32,000 bases of DNA from Balneolaceae bacterium (GTDB lineage Bacteria; Bacteroidota; Rhodothermia; Balneolales; Balneolaceae). Every line of letters begins with the position of its first letter. The first letter of the stretch is position 1. The translations under genes and the position numbers were made by a program. A model generated the notes under the pieces. It did not search any database. It had not been told where the DNA came from and saw only the letters and a program-made list of their open reading frames with translations. The stretch lies in NCBI GenBank assembly GCA_007693745.1, contig REDA01000045.1:85086-117085 (forward strand). Direction: 5' to 3'. This document shows, one piece after another, positions 7,716 through 15,585 of this stretch.

Positions 7716-9296
7716 ATGAGTGAAGAGATACTGTCGGATCTGCCTAAACCACCGGAGCATTTGTCTGACTATGCCGTAGATGTGTGGTATAAAACGGGAA
7801 TCCAGATCTTAAAAAACGGACGCCTTACGGAAAGCACTTTGGGGAATCTGCAGGAGATCTGCTTCTGGGAAGAGCAGAAGAGACAGATTCGGGAGAATCT
7901 TCAGGGGCGCTACACCGCGCATCAAATGGAGCTTGGTTCGGGTAATATCAGTTCTGTGAATACGTCCGTTCTTTTAACCAATTTCAAGGCAGTTCAGGAT
8001 GAAATCAATGACCTGAGAGTTATGTTCGGTCTGAAAGCCGAATTACCTGAGCACATTTCAAACACCCCTGAAATACCCGACGAAGTATTTGAGTATCTGC
8101 CGGATGATCTTCGGGACTGCTGCGATCTTATTGAGGATAAACGATCCCGTGATACCTTTTTGGTTATGGCATTGCCGGTACTGGCTTTCCACATTAAAAA
8201 CGTAATCTCTGAACTTTCTGAGGGGCTCTATCGAACGGATTATATCAGTTATGTGGTAAAATCGGGCGCCAGAACAGACCGGGATGCAAGACGTGCAGCA
8301 GATCTTGCAGAAGTGCTCAGAAGTCATGTTGCGGATAAGAGTGTCCCGTCTCTGGTGCAACCGCAGGTATCCCTGAAAACCCATCCCAAACGAATTCAGA
8401 AAGAACTCTTTCAGAATGGCGGAACAGCAATGATTTTTGAAGAGTATATGAATGTTGCCGTAAAAACGGCCTCGTTTGATATTACTTTTTACGCCGACCT
8501 GATTGAAAAGAGCAGTACACGCCAGCCGCTCTCCCTTACACTTGAAAATGATCAGACCCGCATTGTGATCCCCTCAGTTTCTGTATCACTGAATGGTACG
8601 CTGCAGGAGATCAAAACCCTGGTTGAGCATCTTGGAGAGGAACATCTTACCCATTATTCATTCTATCTTTATGAGAGCGGTGATGAGTGGCAAAGTTATC
8701 GCCCTACCCGTTCATCCCGAAAGCTGAATGATTCCATCCATTCGCTATCCGGGAAACTATTTCTGCTCTATGAGACCCTTTCCGGGAGAACCGGGCCGAT
8801 TCAGATTGAGCCATCCGGCGAACAGTGGGAGATGATCGACGAAACATTTGCTGAAAAAATGAGGCTGATCGATGAGCTGGACCTTACTCAGAATCTGCAG
8901 ATCGCCAATGAAAGGGCAGTTGCGAATACGATGAAACTGATCTCCATCTTTACTGTATTGAGAACACACCTTGAGGGGCAGATTGATCTGCGTTCATCTG
9001 AGGTTCTGACACCGAGGGACACCGACGTGGTGGCCGCATTGTGGCTGACGGATACGTTTATGAAGCATGCGATCCGGATGTATCAGAATCTTCCTGCCAT
9101 GCGAAAGCAAAACTACAGGGGAGACCGGTTTAACCGTTTCTACGGAACGCTGCCTGCTCTATTTGATACACCGGATGCGGTGGAGGTGGCGACCTATCTG
9201 TCGATTCCCGAGCGCACGGCGAACCGCTATCTTTCTGATCTGGTAGATAAAAACAAACTCAGAAAACTGAAGCGCGGCGTTTATAAAAAAATCTGA
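7716..9296 (+). CDS. Orphan phage/mobile-element-like chimeric protein: P27-type terminase-small-subunit-like N-terminus, degenerate DUF3987-like central region, C-terminal winged-HTH
   Basis: Residues 1-110 (PEHLSDYAVDVWYKTGIQILKNGRLTESTLGNLQEICFWEEQ...DLRVMFGLKAE) resemble the P27 small-terminase family pattern. IPDEVFEYLPDDLRDCCDLIED...FLVMALPVLAF resembles the N-terminus of DUF3987/YfjI-like proteins, but no Walker A is visible. The C-terminus, YLSIPERTANRYLSDLVDKNKLRKLKRGVYKK, is HTH-like. An AT-rich 238-bp region lies upstream. Confidence 0.4.
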   Translation: MSEEILSDLPKPPEHLSDYAVDVWYKTGIQILKNGRLTESTLGNLQEICFWEEQKRQIRENLQGRYTAHQMELGSGNISSVNTSVLLTNFKAVQDEINDLRVMFGLKAELPEHISNTPEIPDEVFEYLPDDLRDCCDLIEDKRSRDTFLVMALPVLAFHIKNVISELSEGLYRTDYISYVVKSGARTDRDARRAADLAEVLRSHVADKSVPSLVQPQVSLKTHPKRIQKELFQNGGTAMIFEEYMNVAVKTASFDITFYADLIEKSSTRQPLSLTLENDQTRIVIPSVSVSLNGTLQEIKTLVEHLGEEHLTHYSFYLYESGDEWQSYRPTRSSRKLNDSIHSLSGKLFLLYETLSGRTGPIQIEPSGEQWEMIDETFAEKMRLIDELDLTQNLQIANERAVANTMKLISIFTVLRTHLEGQIDLRSSEVLTPRDTDVVAALWLTDTFMKHAIRMYQNLPAMRKQNYRGDRFNRFYGTLPALFDTPDAVEVATYLSIPERTANRYLSDLVDKNKLRKLKRGVYKKI

Positions 9297-9391
9297 AATC
9301 GTGCAGTTTGTTATGCTGAAAAGAAAGAGACAATTCCGCACATCCTGATTTGTGATGCAGCACGGCAACTGAAAGGGCAGGGAATACCGGA

Positions 9392-10408
9392 TCAGTTGAC
9401 ATTTGGCCCTTTCTTATTGGGTGGCAGCATCAGGATAAAAGTGGTTGATTTCTCATCCGTTTTTAAGTCGATGGAAGCCCCAATGTTAGCCGAAAGGATC
9501 TGTGCGATTGTGAGCCCGTTTCCCATTCGGTCGGCCGCGGTGGTAGTGAAAGGCTGAAAAATCCACTCTTTATCCTCTTCTGAAATGGAATAACCGTGGT
9601 TGGTGATATGTACAGAAGAGGAAGAATCTACGGAAACTGTGATATCCGGGTGATTTCCGGAATGCCGGATTGCGTTATCGATAAGAAGGGAGAGAATTTT
9701 ACCCACCTTGATTTTACAGGAGCTGAGAGTCTGATGATCCTGATTCAGAATCTTAACCCGATCTTTATCCTGCCCGTGAAAACTGTTCAGTATTTCATCA
9801 ACCAGTTCAGCCGGATCAAAATCCGATGTGCGTGAAAGAGAGTCGAGATTGAGGAAGTACTCCAGTTCGTCGAGCATCTCGTAGAGATAATCGATACCGT
9901 TTTCCAGATTGCTCAGATGTTTTTCACTCCGGGTGTTACGGTGATCAAGAGTGAGAATGTCAACGAAACCCATCATTCCGGTGAGAGGCGAACGGAATCT
10001 GTGAAGCAGTACAGAGATCATATTCTGCATGGATTTCAGCGATTCAGCACCGAGAAGGCCTGCTTTTTCTTTTAACCGGATCTTCAGATAGCTCTTTTTG
10101 TTCAGGGTAAAAGAGCGGATGTCCAGAGTGTACCACCGATTGGAAAAATAGATACTGGACCGGTTTCCAGGCGGCAGATCTCGTCCCAGCACATCATGTA
10201 ACTGCAGACCTACCGGGTCGAGTCCGAATAGTCTTTCCAATGCGAACTCATTTACCAGAACTACGGTTCCGGAACGCTTTTCGGCAATAAAAATCGGATC
10301 CGGAACATCTGAAATGATCAGCCCCAGTGTATTCAAAAGTTCATTCCCGACATGGGTTTCTGTGTCAAAAACCTCTCTTTTGTCAATAAATGTAGTCATT
10401 TGCAACAT
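9392..10408 (-). CDS. Soluble (no TM segment) sensor histidine kinase: PAS-like N-terminal domain + HisKA + HATPase_c
   Basis: H-box LLHRFRSPLTGMMGFVDIL, N-box LLIDNAIRHS, F-box IFQPF, G2 GNGLTIAQ. The G1 box is atypical (NHGYS instead of DxGxG). No hydrophobic TM stretch. Divergent from the flgB operon. Confidence 0.85.
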   Translation of the reverse strand: MLQMTTFIDKREVFDTETHVGNELLNTLGLIISDVPDPIFIAEKRSGTVVLVNEFALERLFGLDPVGLQLHDVLGRDLPPGNRSSIYFSNRWYTLDIRSFTLNKKSYLKIRLKEKAGLLGAESLKSMQNMISVLLHRFRSPLTGMMGFVDILTLDHRNTRSEKHLSNLENGIDYLYEMLDELEYFLNLDSLSRTSDFDPAELVDEILNSFHGQDKDRVKILNQDHQTLSSCKIKVGKILSLLIDNAIRHSGNHPDITVSVDSSSSVHITNHGYSISEEDKEWIFQPFTTTAADRMGNGLTIAQILSANIGASIDLKTDEKSTTFILMLPPNKKGPNVN

Positions 10409-10651
10409 GTTGAATCGGCTGATTGATTGGTTTGTGACCCGTTTGTAACCCGAAGGGTTCTCCCTGTTCGTTGCTGTTTCAGATGGAATTATCAGCAGAT
10501 TTTAAATTTCCTTAATCCACTTTCAGCTGATTTTTGTCTGGTGGAAAAATTTGCCACCGAAACGGTCAATTCTGCGAAAAGCTTCCGCTTCCGCCGGCTT
10601 CCGGGATTCGCCAGGTGAGTTGGATCGTGAGATTCCGTTCTTCAGCAGGGA

Positions 10652-10667
10652 TGGCATAACTCTTGCT
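10652..10667 (+). promoter_or_regulatory. Sigma-54 (RpoN) -24/-12 promoter of the flgB operon
   Basis: TGGCATaactcTTGCT: GG and GC are separated by exactly 10 nt, and 10 of the 11 specified positions of TGGCAC-N5-TTGCW match. It lies ~50 nt upstream of the flgB ATG at 10717. Confidence 0.75.
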
Positions 10668-10716
10668 TTTAGTTGTTATGAAGTGTAAGAGTGTGGTAAG
10701 TAAAAATACGCAACCC

Positions 10717-11061
10717 ATGAAATTCATAGACAGCAATCACAGTCAGTTACTCGCCCGTGCGATGGATACCTATTCATTGCGGCAGAGGGTGACTGCAGCC
10801 AATATTGCAAATATCGACACCCCCGGCTACAAAAAGAAGGAAGTGAAATTTGAAGATGAGCTCAGAAGAGTTCAGGAAGCCGGGAAAATGTCGCGTGCCA
10901 CCGGTATCACCCCAAGGATTGTTGAAACGGATGATGAACTTATCCTTGAAGATCAGCTGATAGAGCAATCCGATACTCAGATCCGTGTGAATCTGGTTAC
11001 CAGATCACTGAGAATGCATTTTGAGCTTCTCAAAAACGGGATTACAGGAATAAACAGATAA
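10717..11061 (+). CDS. flgB: Flagellar basal-body rod protein FlgB
   Basis: RQRVTAANIANIDTPGYKKKEV is the rod-protein N-terminal signature. ATG 10717 gives a canonical ~20-aa lead-in. The ORF-track TTG 10663 lies inside the sigma-54 promoter element. Confidence 0.9.
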   Translation: MKFIDSNHSQLLARAMDTYSLRQRVTAANIANIDTPGYKKKEVKFEDELRRVQEAGKMSRATGITPRIVETDDELILEDQLIEQSDTQIRVNLVTRSLRMHFELLKNGITGINR

Positions 11062-11083
11062 AACAACGGAGAGTTAGACAGAT

Positions 11084-11566
11084 ATGTTACCCGACCGAAT
11101 TTTTACTGCTTTTCAGACATCCGCACAGGGTCTTGCCGTGCAGCGCGAAAAAATTTCGGCTGCTTCACGTAATATTGCCAATGCCGGGACATCGGCTCCG
11201 GCGGGGTCTGACAAGATTTATCGGCCGCAGGCAGTAGAAACAAAAGGGCCTGCCAGAGAAAATTTTGGAAAACTGCTGCTTGAAAGTGTGAATAATCTCA
11301 ACAGACCCGGTTCCAATCGAATTGGAGGCAGTGGAGAGGGCAGGTCGGGGTTGGGTCCGCAGTTCAAGGTTGTTGAAAGCGACAATTTCCGGATGGAATT
11401 TGATCCGAATCACCCGGATGCCGACGAAAATGGCATGGTACGTTATCCCGACATCGATATGATACGGGAGATGACACAGATGGTGACGGCTACCCGTCTG
11501 TATGAGGCCAATCTGAGCGCTATTGAAGCTGAAAAAGAAATTATAAAACGATCAATGGATATCTGA
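11084..11566 (+). CDS. flgC: Flagellar basal-body rod protein FlgC
   Basis: N-terminus F..SAQGL..Q...I...S.NIANA.T; C-terminus DPNHPDADENGMVRYPDIDMIREMTQMVTATRLYEANL is the typical FlgC C-terminal domain. Position is after flgB. Confidence 0.93.
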   Translation: MLPDRIFTAFQTSAQGLAVQREKISAASRNIANAGTSAPAGSDKIYRPQAVETKGPARENFGKLLLESVNNLNRPGSNRIGGSGEGRSGLGPQFKVVESDNFRMEFDPNHPDADENGMVRYPDIDMIREMTQMVTATRLYEANLSAIEAEKEIIKRSMDI

Positions 11567-11570
11567 ACCT

Positions 11571-11798
11571 ATGGCAATTGAATCAATCCAGCATCAGCAA
11601 TTAGAACGAATCACTCAAAACAGTGCATTGAGAAAAGCAGCTCAGGCTCCCTCGCCGCCTGCACTCACAACGGATGAATCAGACATGATTCAGAAAAAAT
11701 TCTCCCAAACAAAACCGATTTCCACCTATTCCATGCAGGGAGATACACAGAAGAGCAGTTTCTTCAGCCGGGGGCTGAACATAGACAGAATGGCTTAA
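11571..11798 (+). CDS. Small uncharacterised protein (75 aa) embedded between flgC and fliE
   Basis: ATG lies 4 nt after the flgC stop, and the ORF ends 21 nt before fliE. Q/S/T-rich, no TM segment, no motif I recognise. The coding call rests on operon packing only. Confidence 0.5.
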   Translation: MAIESIQHQQLERITQNSALRKAAQAPSPPALTTDESDMIQKKFSQTKPISTYSMQGDTQKSSFFSRGLNIDRMA

Positions 11799-11819
11799 AC
11801 AACTATTGAAGAGAGTATT

Positions 11820-12179
11820 ATGCTAAATCCAGTTGACCTAAACTCCTTATTACAGGCCCGTGAGCCCCAGCAGCAGCAGAGGCCTCTGAGCCTCGACGCC
11901 GGCAGAGAATCGATGAATGGTCTCGGTCCCCAAAGGATGCCAGCCATCGGTGCGGGGGGAGAAACGTTTACCGAGATGCTGACGAAAGCGGTAGGGGATG
12001 TGGATACGACGATGAAAGAGTCCGAACAGAAAATTCAGGATTTTGTAAGTGGAAAATCGGAGAATGTGCATGATGTGATGATCTCCATGCAGCGGGCACA
12101 GATCAGTTTTCAGATGATGGTTGAAATCCGAAACAAAGCCATAGAGACCTATCACGAAATCAGCAGAATGCAAATCTGA
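11820..12179 (+). CDS. fliE: Flagellar hook-basal body complex protein FliE
   Basis: C-terminal half FTEMLTKAV..V......E.....F..G...N.H.VMI.MQ.A.ISFQ..VE(I)RNK..E.Y.EI.RMQI is the FliE signature. Confidence 0.92.
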   Translation: MLNPVDLNSLLQAREPQQQQRPLSLDAGRESMNGLGPQRMPAIGAGGETFTEMLTKAVGDVDTTMKESEQKIQDFVSGKSENVHDVMISMQRAQISFQMMVEIRNKAIETYHEISRMQI

Positions 12180-12189
12180 GGCAGTATAA

Positions 12190-13851
12190 ATGGCGAATCT
12201 AGCACAAGTTTTCACAGAATTTTTCGGCCCTTTAAGTTCAGCCCAGCGCACGATGTTTGTCGGGTTGATTGCGGCAATTCTAATATTTATGGGATCCCTC
12301 TTTTACTGGGCACTGAAACCAGACTATACGATGCTGTTCGGTTCTCTCAATCCGGAGACCGCTCAGGTGATTGTTGAGGAACTGGATGAACGGGGTGTTC
12401 CCTATAAAATTGAAAACAACGGCAGAGCCATTTTTGTGCCGGGGTCGAGAGTGCATGAGCTGAGAATGCAGTTAGCCTCTGTCGGTCTGGTTCAATCGGA
12501 TGTAAAAGGGTATGAGTTGTTTGATGAGAATTCACTGGGCATGACCGATTTCATGCAGCAAATAAATAAAAAGAGAGCGTTGGAGGGTGAACTGGCCCGT
12601 TCGATCAACAGTCTGAATCAGGTAGAGTTTTCAAGAATTCACCTTGTGCTTCCCGAGCGCTCACCTTTTCAGCAGTCTACCGTTCAGGCCTCCGCTTCTG
12701 TGATATTGAGTCTGAAATCAGGGCAGCGGCTAAGGCAGGAACAGGTGGAAGGAATTACCTCTCTCATTGCGGGGAGTGTGGAGGGACTCTCAGCAGATGC
12801 CGTGGTTGTGCTGGATCAGGCTGGCAATCGCCTGACAGACGGTATTCAGGCTGGCTCAGCTGTGGCTTCAGGCAATATGCAGATGCAGTTGAGGCAGAGT
12901 ATGGAATCGTATCTTACCGAACGAGCCCAGACAATGCTCGACAGGGCACTGGGTCCGGGTAACAGTCTGCTCAGAGTCTCCGTAGAGCACGATTTTGACC
13001 GGCTTGTGAGAGAATCTGATCTGATAGACCCGGACAGCCGAACCATCATGTCGGAGGAGAGAAGGACTGAAACGACCACGGATCAGTCGTCGCAGCAGGT
13101 ACCGATCGATGAGTTTACTCCGGTGGATCAGAGAGGCCAGACCTCAGTTATTTCCGATTGGCAGAATGAGTCGAACGTGCAGACCCGAAATTACGAGGTG
13201 AATAAAACGAGAGAAATCTTTGAAAAATCACACGGAGAGATCAGCCGTATATCCGCCTCGGTTCTGCTCAACCACAAGCAGCTGATACAGCAGGATGAAA
13301 ATGGTGAACCGATACTGGTCTATGAGCCCTACAGCGCAGAAGAAGTTAACGAGTTCAGGGAAGTGGTTCGTGTGGCACTTGGAATCCAGCCAGCCCGGGG
13401 GGATGAGCTGACGATTACACAGATACAGTTCTACGATCCGTTCACAGATACCGGGATGGGTATTTACGGTGTGCAGATGACGCCCTGGAACGAGATTATC
13501 CGCTGGTCTATCATTCTGGTCACATTCCTTGTAATTATTGGGCTGATCATGAGCATCCGTAAGCGCATGGATCTTGGAGAATCACCCTTCATGGTTTCTG
13601 CTTCAGTAAATGGAAACGTAAAAGGAACGCTTACAACCGGATCAGTTCCTGTGGTTTCATCAGAGAAACCTGAAGACATGACCGAAGAGGAATATGAAGA
13701 TTTTATCGACAAAAAACTGAGCGGTAAGGCTAAAAAGCAGCTCGAGCAAAAAGCTTATGTAATTGAAGAGATCAAGGATTTCGTGGAGCTCAAACCTATA
13801 GAGGCAGCTCAGGTAGTGCGTGCAATCATTTCAAACGAAGGAGAGGGGTAA
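12190..13851 (+). CDS. fliF: Flagellar MS-ring protein FliF
   Basis: 553 aa with an N-terminal TM (VGLIAAILIFMGSLFYWAL) and YTMLF..L......IV..L...G(V)PY....G..I.VP (FliF/YscJ-type periplasmic domain). A second TM lies near residue 450 (WSIILVTFLVIIGLIM), followed by a charged cytoplasmic tail. Synteny supports the call. Confidence 0.93.
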   Translation: MANLAQVFTEFFGPLSSAQRTMFVGLIAAILIFMGSLFYWALKPDYTMLFGSLNPETAQVIVEELDERGVPYKIENNGRAIFVPGSRVHELRMQLASVGLVQSDVKGYELFDENSLGMTDFMQQINKKRALEGELARSINSLNQVEFSRIHLVLPERSPFQQSTVQASASVILSLKSGQRLRQEQVEGITSLIAGSVEGLSADAVVVLDQAGNRLTDGIQAGSAVASGNMQMQLRQSMESYLTERAQTMLDRALGPGNSLLRVSVEHDFDRLVRESDLIDPDSRTIMSEERRTETTTDQSSQQVPIDEFTPVDQRGQTSVISDWQNESNVQTRNYEVNKTREIFEKSHGEISRISASVLLNHKQLIQQDENGEPILVYEPYSAEEVNEFREVVRVALGIQPARGDELTITQIQFYDPFTDTGMGIYGVQMTPWNEIIRWSIILVTFLVIIGLIMSIRKRMDLGESPFMVSASVNGNVKGTLTTGSVPVVSSEKPEDMTEEEYEDFIDKKLSGKAKKQLEQKAYVIEEIKDFVELKPIEAAQVVRAIISNEGEG

Positions 13852-13852
13852 C

Positions 13853-14890
13853 ATGGCAGCTGCAGTGAAAAAAAAGCAAGGGATCATATCGGATGTGGGT
13901 GAGCTGACAGGAGTACAGAAGGCGGCGGTCTTTGTGATCACAGTGGGAGCCAAGACCGCCTCAGAGATGCTGAAATCACTGAACGAGGCTGAGATGGAGA
14001 AGATCACTCTCGAGATTGCCGGCATGCGCAATGTAAAACCCGAAGTGGTGGATGCCATTCTGAAAGAGTTTTATCAGATGATGGAGGCGAAACGGTATAT
14101 CCTGGAAGGCGGTGTGGATTACGCACAGCAAATACTGGCCCAGGTAGGGGGGAATTCAGAACAGCTCATGAAAAAGCTGAAGGCGCAGTCGGGTACCACG
14201 GTGTTTGATGAATTTCAGGAGACAAAAATTATTCAGATAGCAAATTTTATACAGAATGAACAGCCTCAGGTAGCCGCGCTGATTTTTTCACAGCTTCATA
14301 CCGATAAGTCTGCCGAAATCTTAACCTATCTGCCGGAAGAGATGCAGGGCGAAATTCTCTTCAGACTGGCTTCTATGGACAAAATCTCCGCAGAGGTGAT
14401 ACAGGAGATAGAAGAGGTAATCAAAGAGCATATGGGCGGACTCGATACGATGGGAGACAGAGTGAAGAGCGGAACGGCGACAGTGGCTCAGATTCTTAAT
14501 GAGGCAGATATTGCGGTTGAAAGGAACGTGCTGGATCGTATTCAGGAGATCGATCCGCAGATGGCCGCCGACATCAAAGAGCAGATGTTCCTCTTCGAGG
14601 ATATCATTCACTTCAACGACAAAACGGTGCAGCTCATCATCAACGAGATGGAAAAAACCGATCTGGTTATGGGCCTCAAGGGAGTGGTACCGGAACTCTC
14701 AGACAAATTCCTCAGCAACATGTCGGCCCGCGCATCCAGTATGCTCCAGGAGGATATGGAGGCGCTCGGACCTGTGCCATTGAAGGATGTGAAAGAAGCG
14801 CAGCAGAGAATTATCCGAAAAATCAAGGAGCTCGAAGAAGAGGGCCAGATTACTACCCGTAAGATGGATGAAGAAGAAGTTGTGGAATAG
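13853..14890 (+). CDS. fliG: Flagellar motor switch protein FliG
   Basis: LTGVQKAAVFVI.VG...ASE(M)LK.L...E.E.IT.EIA and the C-terminal MS.RA...L.EDME..GPV...DVEEAQQ.I motifs. ATG 13853 (2 nt after the fliF stop) is preferred over the overlapping 13820 start in the ORF track. Confidence 0.95.
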   Translation: MAAAVKKKQGIISDVGELTGVQKAAVFVITVGAKTASEMLKSLNEAEMEKITLEIAGMRNVKPEVVDAILKEFYQMMEAKRYILEGGVDYAQQILAQVGGNSEQLMKKLKAQSGTTVFDEFQETKIIQIANFIQNEQPQVAALIFSQLHTDKSAEILTYLPEEMQGEILFRLASMDKISAEVIQEIEEVIKEHMGGLDTMGDRVKSGTATVAQILNEADIAVERNVLDRIQEIDPQMAADIKEQMFLFEDIIHFNDKTVQLIINEMEKTDLVMGLKGVVPELSDKFLSNMSARASSMLQEDMEALGPVPLKDVKEAQQRIIRKIKELEEEGQITTRKMDEEEVVE

Positions 14891-14898
14891 GATGTTTT

Positions 14899-15585
14899 AT
14901 GAGTCTTTACAAAGTCAGACATACCGGGAGCGCCCTGAGCCGTGAGCAGGAGAGTACAAAACTGAACTATCAGATGATCTTTGAGGATCATGACACCGAT
15001 AGCGAGAGCAGAATCAGTGAGAAGTACGAGAAAGAGATTCGCGACATTCTGCAGAAGAAGGAGGCAGAATGGGCGGTAAAGCTGAAGAGAGAATCCGAAA
15101 CATCATACCTGAAAGGGGTGGAGCAAGGGAGGAAAGAAGGCCGGCAGGAAGCCCTGACAGAGATGAACAGCCGTTTTTCATTCCTTGAATGCATGATCTC
15201 GGAAGCGCACAGGGAATTTTCGGAAAGACAGGAGAGTCTCACTCCCGGTCTGCTGGATACCGTCTTTTTCCTCTCGGAGAAAATTCTGGAACTTCCGGTC
15301 GAAAACCCTGACATCCGAAAACGGATGGAGAGAGAACTTGAAGAGCTGATCCATAAAGCAGATCAGACAGCCCGCCCATCGCTGCTTGTCAGTCAGTCCG
15401 ATTTCGAGTTTGTGAAAGAGCTGGTTGAAAAACAGCAACCTGAACTGAAGTTCCAGATTCGCCCTTCAAAGGAGTGTAATCCCGGCGAGTTTGTATTTGA
15501 AACAGAGAGAGGAAAAATTGTTCAGCAGTTCAGGCAGATCCTGCGTGATTTCAGGGAACGGCTGAATATTCCGTCCTGGAAATGA
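14899..15585 (+). CDS. fliH: Flagellar assembly protein FliH (export ATPase regulator)
   Basis: 228 aa with an E/K-rich coiled central region. It sits between fliG and fliI, and its stop overlaps the fliI start (ATGA). The call rests mainly on position and composition. Confidence 0.8.
   Translation: MSLYKVRHTGSALSREQESTKLNYQMIFEDHDTDSESRISEKYEKEIRDILQKKEAEWAVKLKRESETSYLKGVEQGRKEGRQEALTEMNSRFSFLECMISEAHREFSERQESLTPGLLDTVFFLSEKILELPVENPDIRKRMERELEELIHKADQTARPSLLVSQSDFEFVKELVEKQQPELKFQIRPSKECNPGEFVFETERGKIVQQFRQILRDFRERLNIPSWK

Noticed and set aside
9370-9417. Inverted repeat GAAAGGGC ... GCCCTTTC in the convergent gap between the 526-aa ORF and the kinase, considered as a bidirectional terminator.
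   Set aside because: The loop is ~27 nt, there is no flanking T/A tract, and the 3' arm lies inside the kinase coding region. The support is too weak to call.
10663-10716. ORF-track extended starts: flgB (TTG 10663 or ATG 10678), fliG (13820), motB (GTG 23972), flhG (TTG 31890), orf74 (31088) and VOC (TTG 3014).
   Set aside because: Each extension overlaps the upstream gene or the sigma-54 promoter and adds non-homologous residues. Downstream ATGs give canonical N-termini and tight operon junctions.
11750-11798. A shared C-terminal G-x-N-x-ID-like ending in orf75 (RGLNIDRMA) and orf87 (VGNYIDLTI), suggesting a common family.
   Set aside because: The match covers only 3-4 residues with different spacing, which is well within chance for two short proteins.
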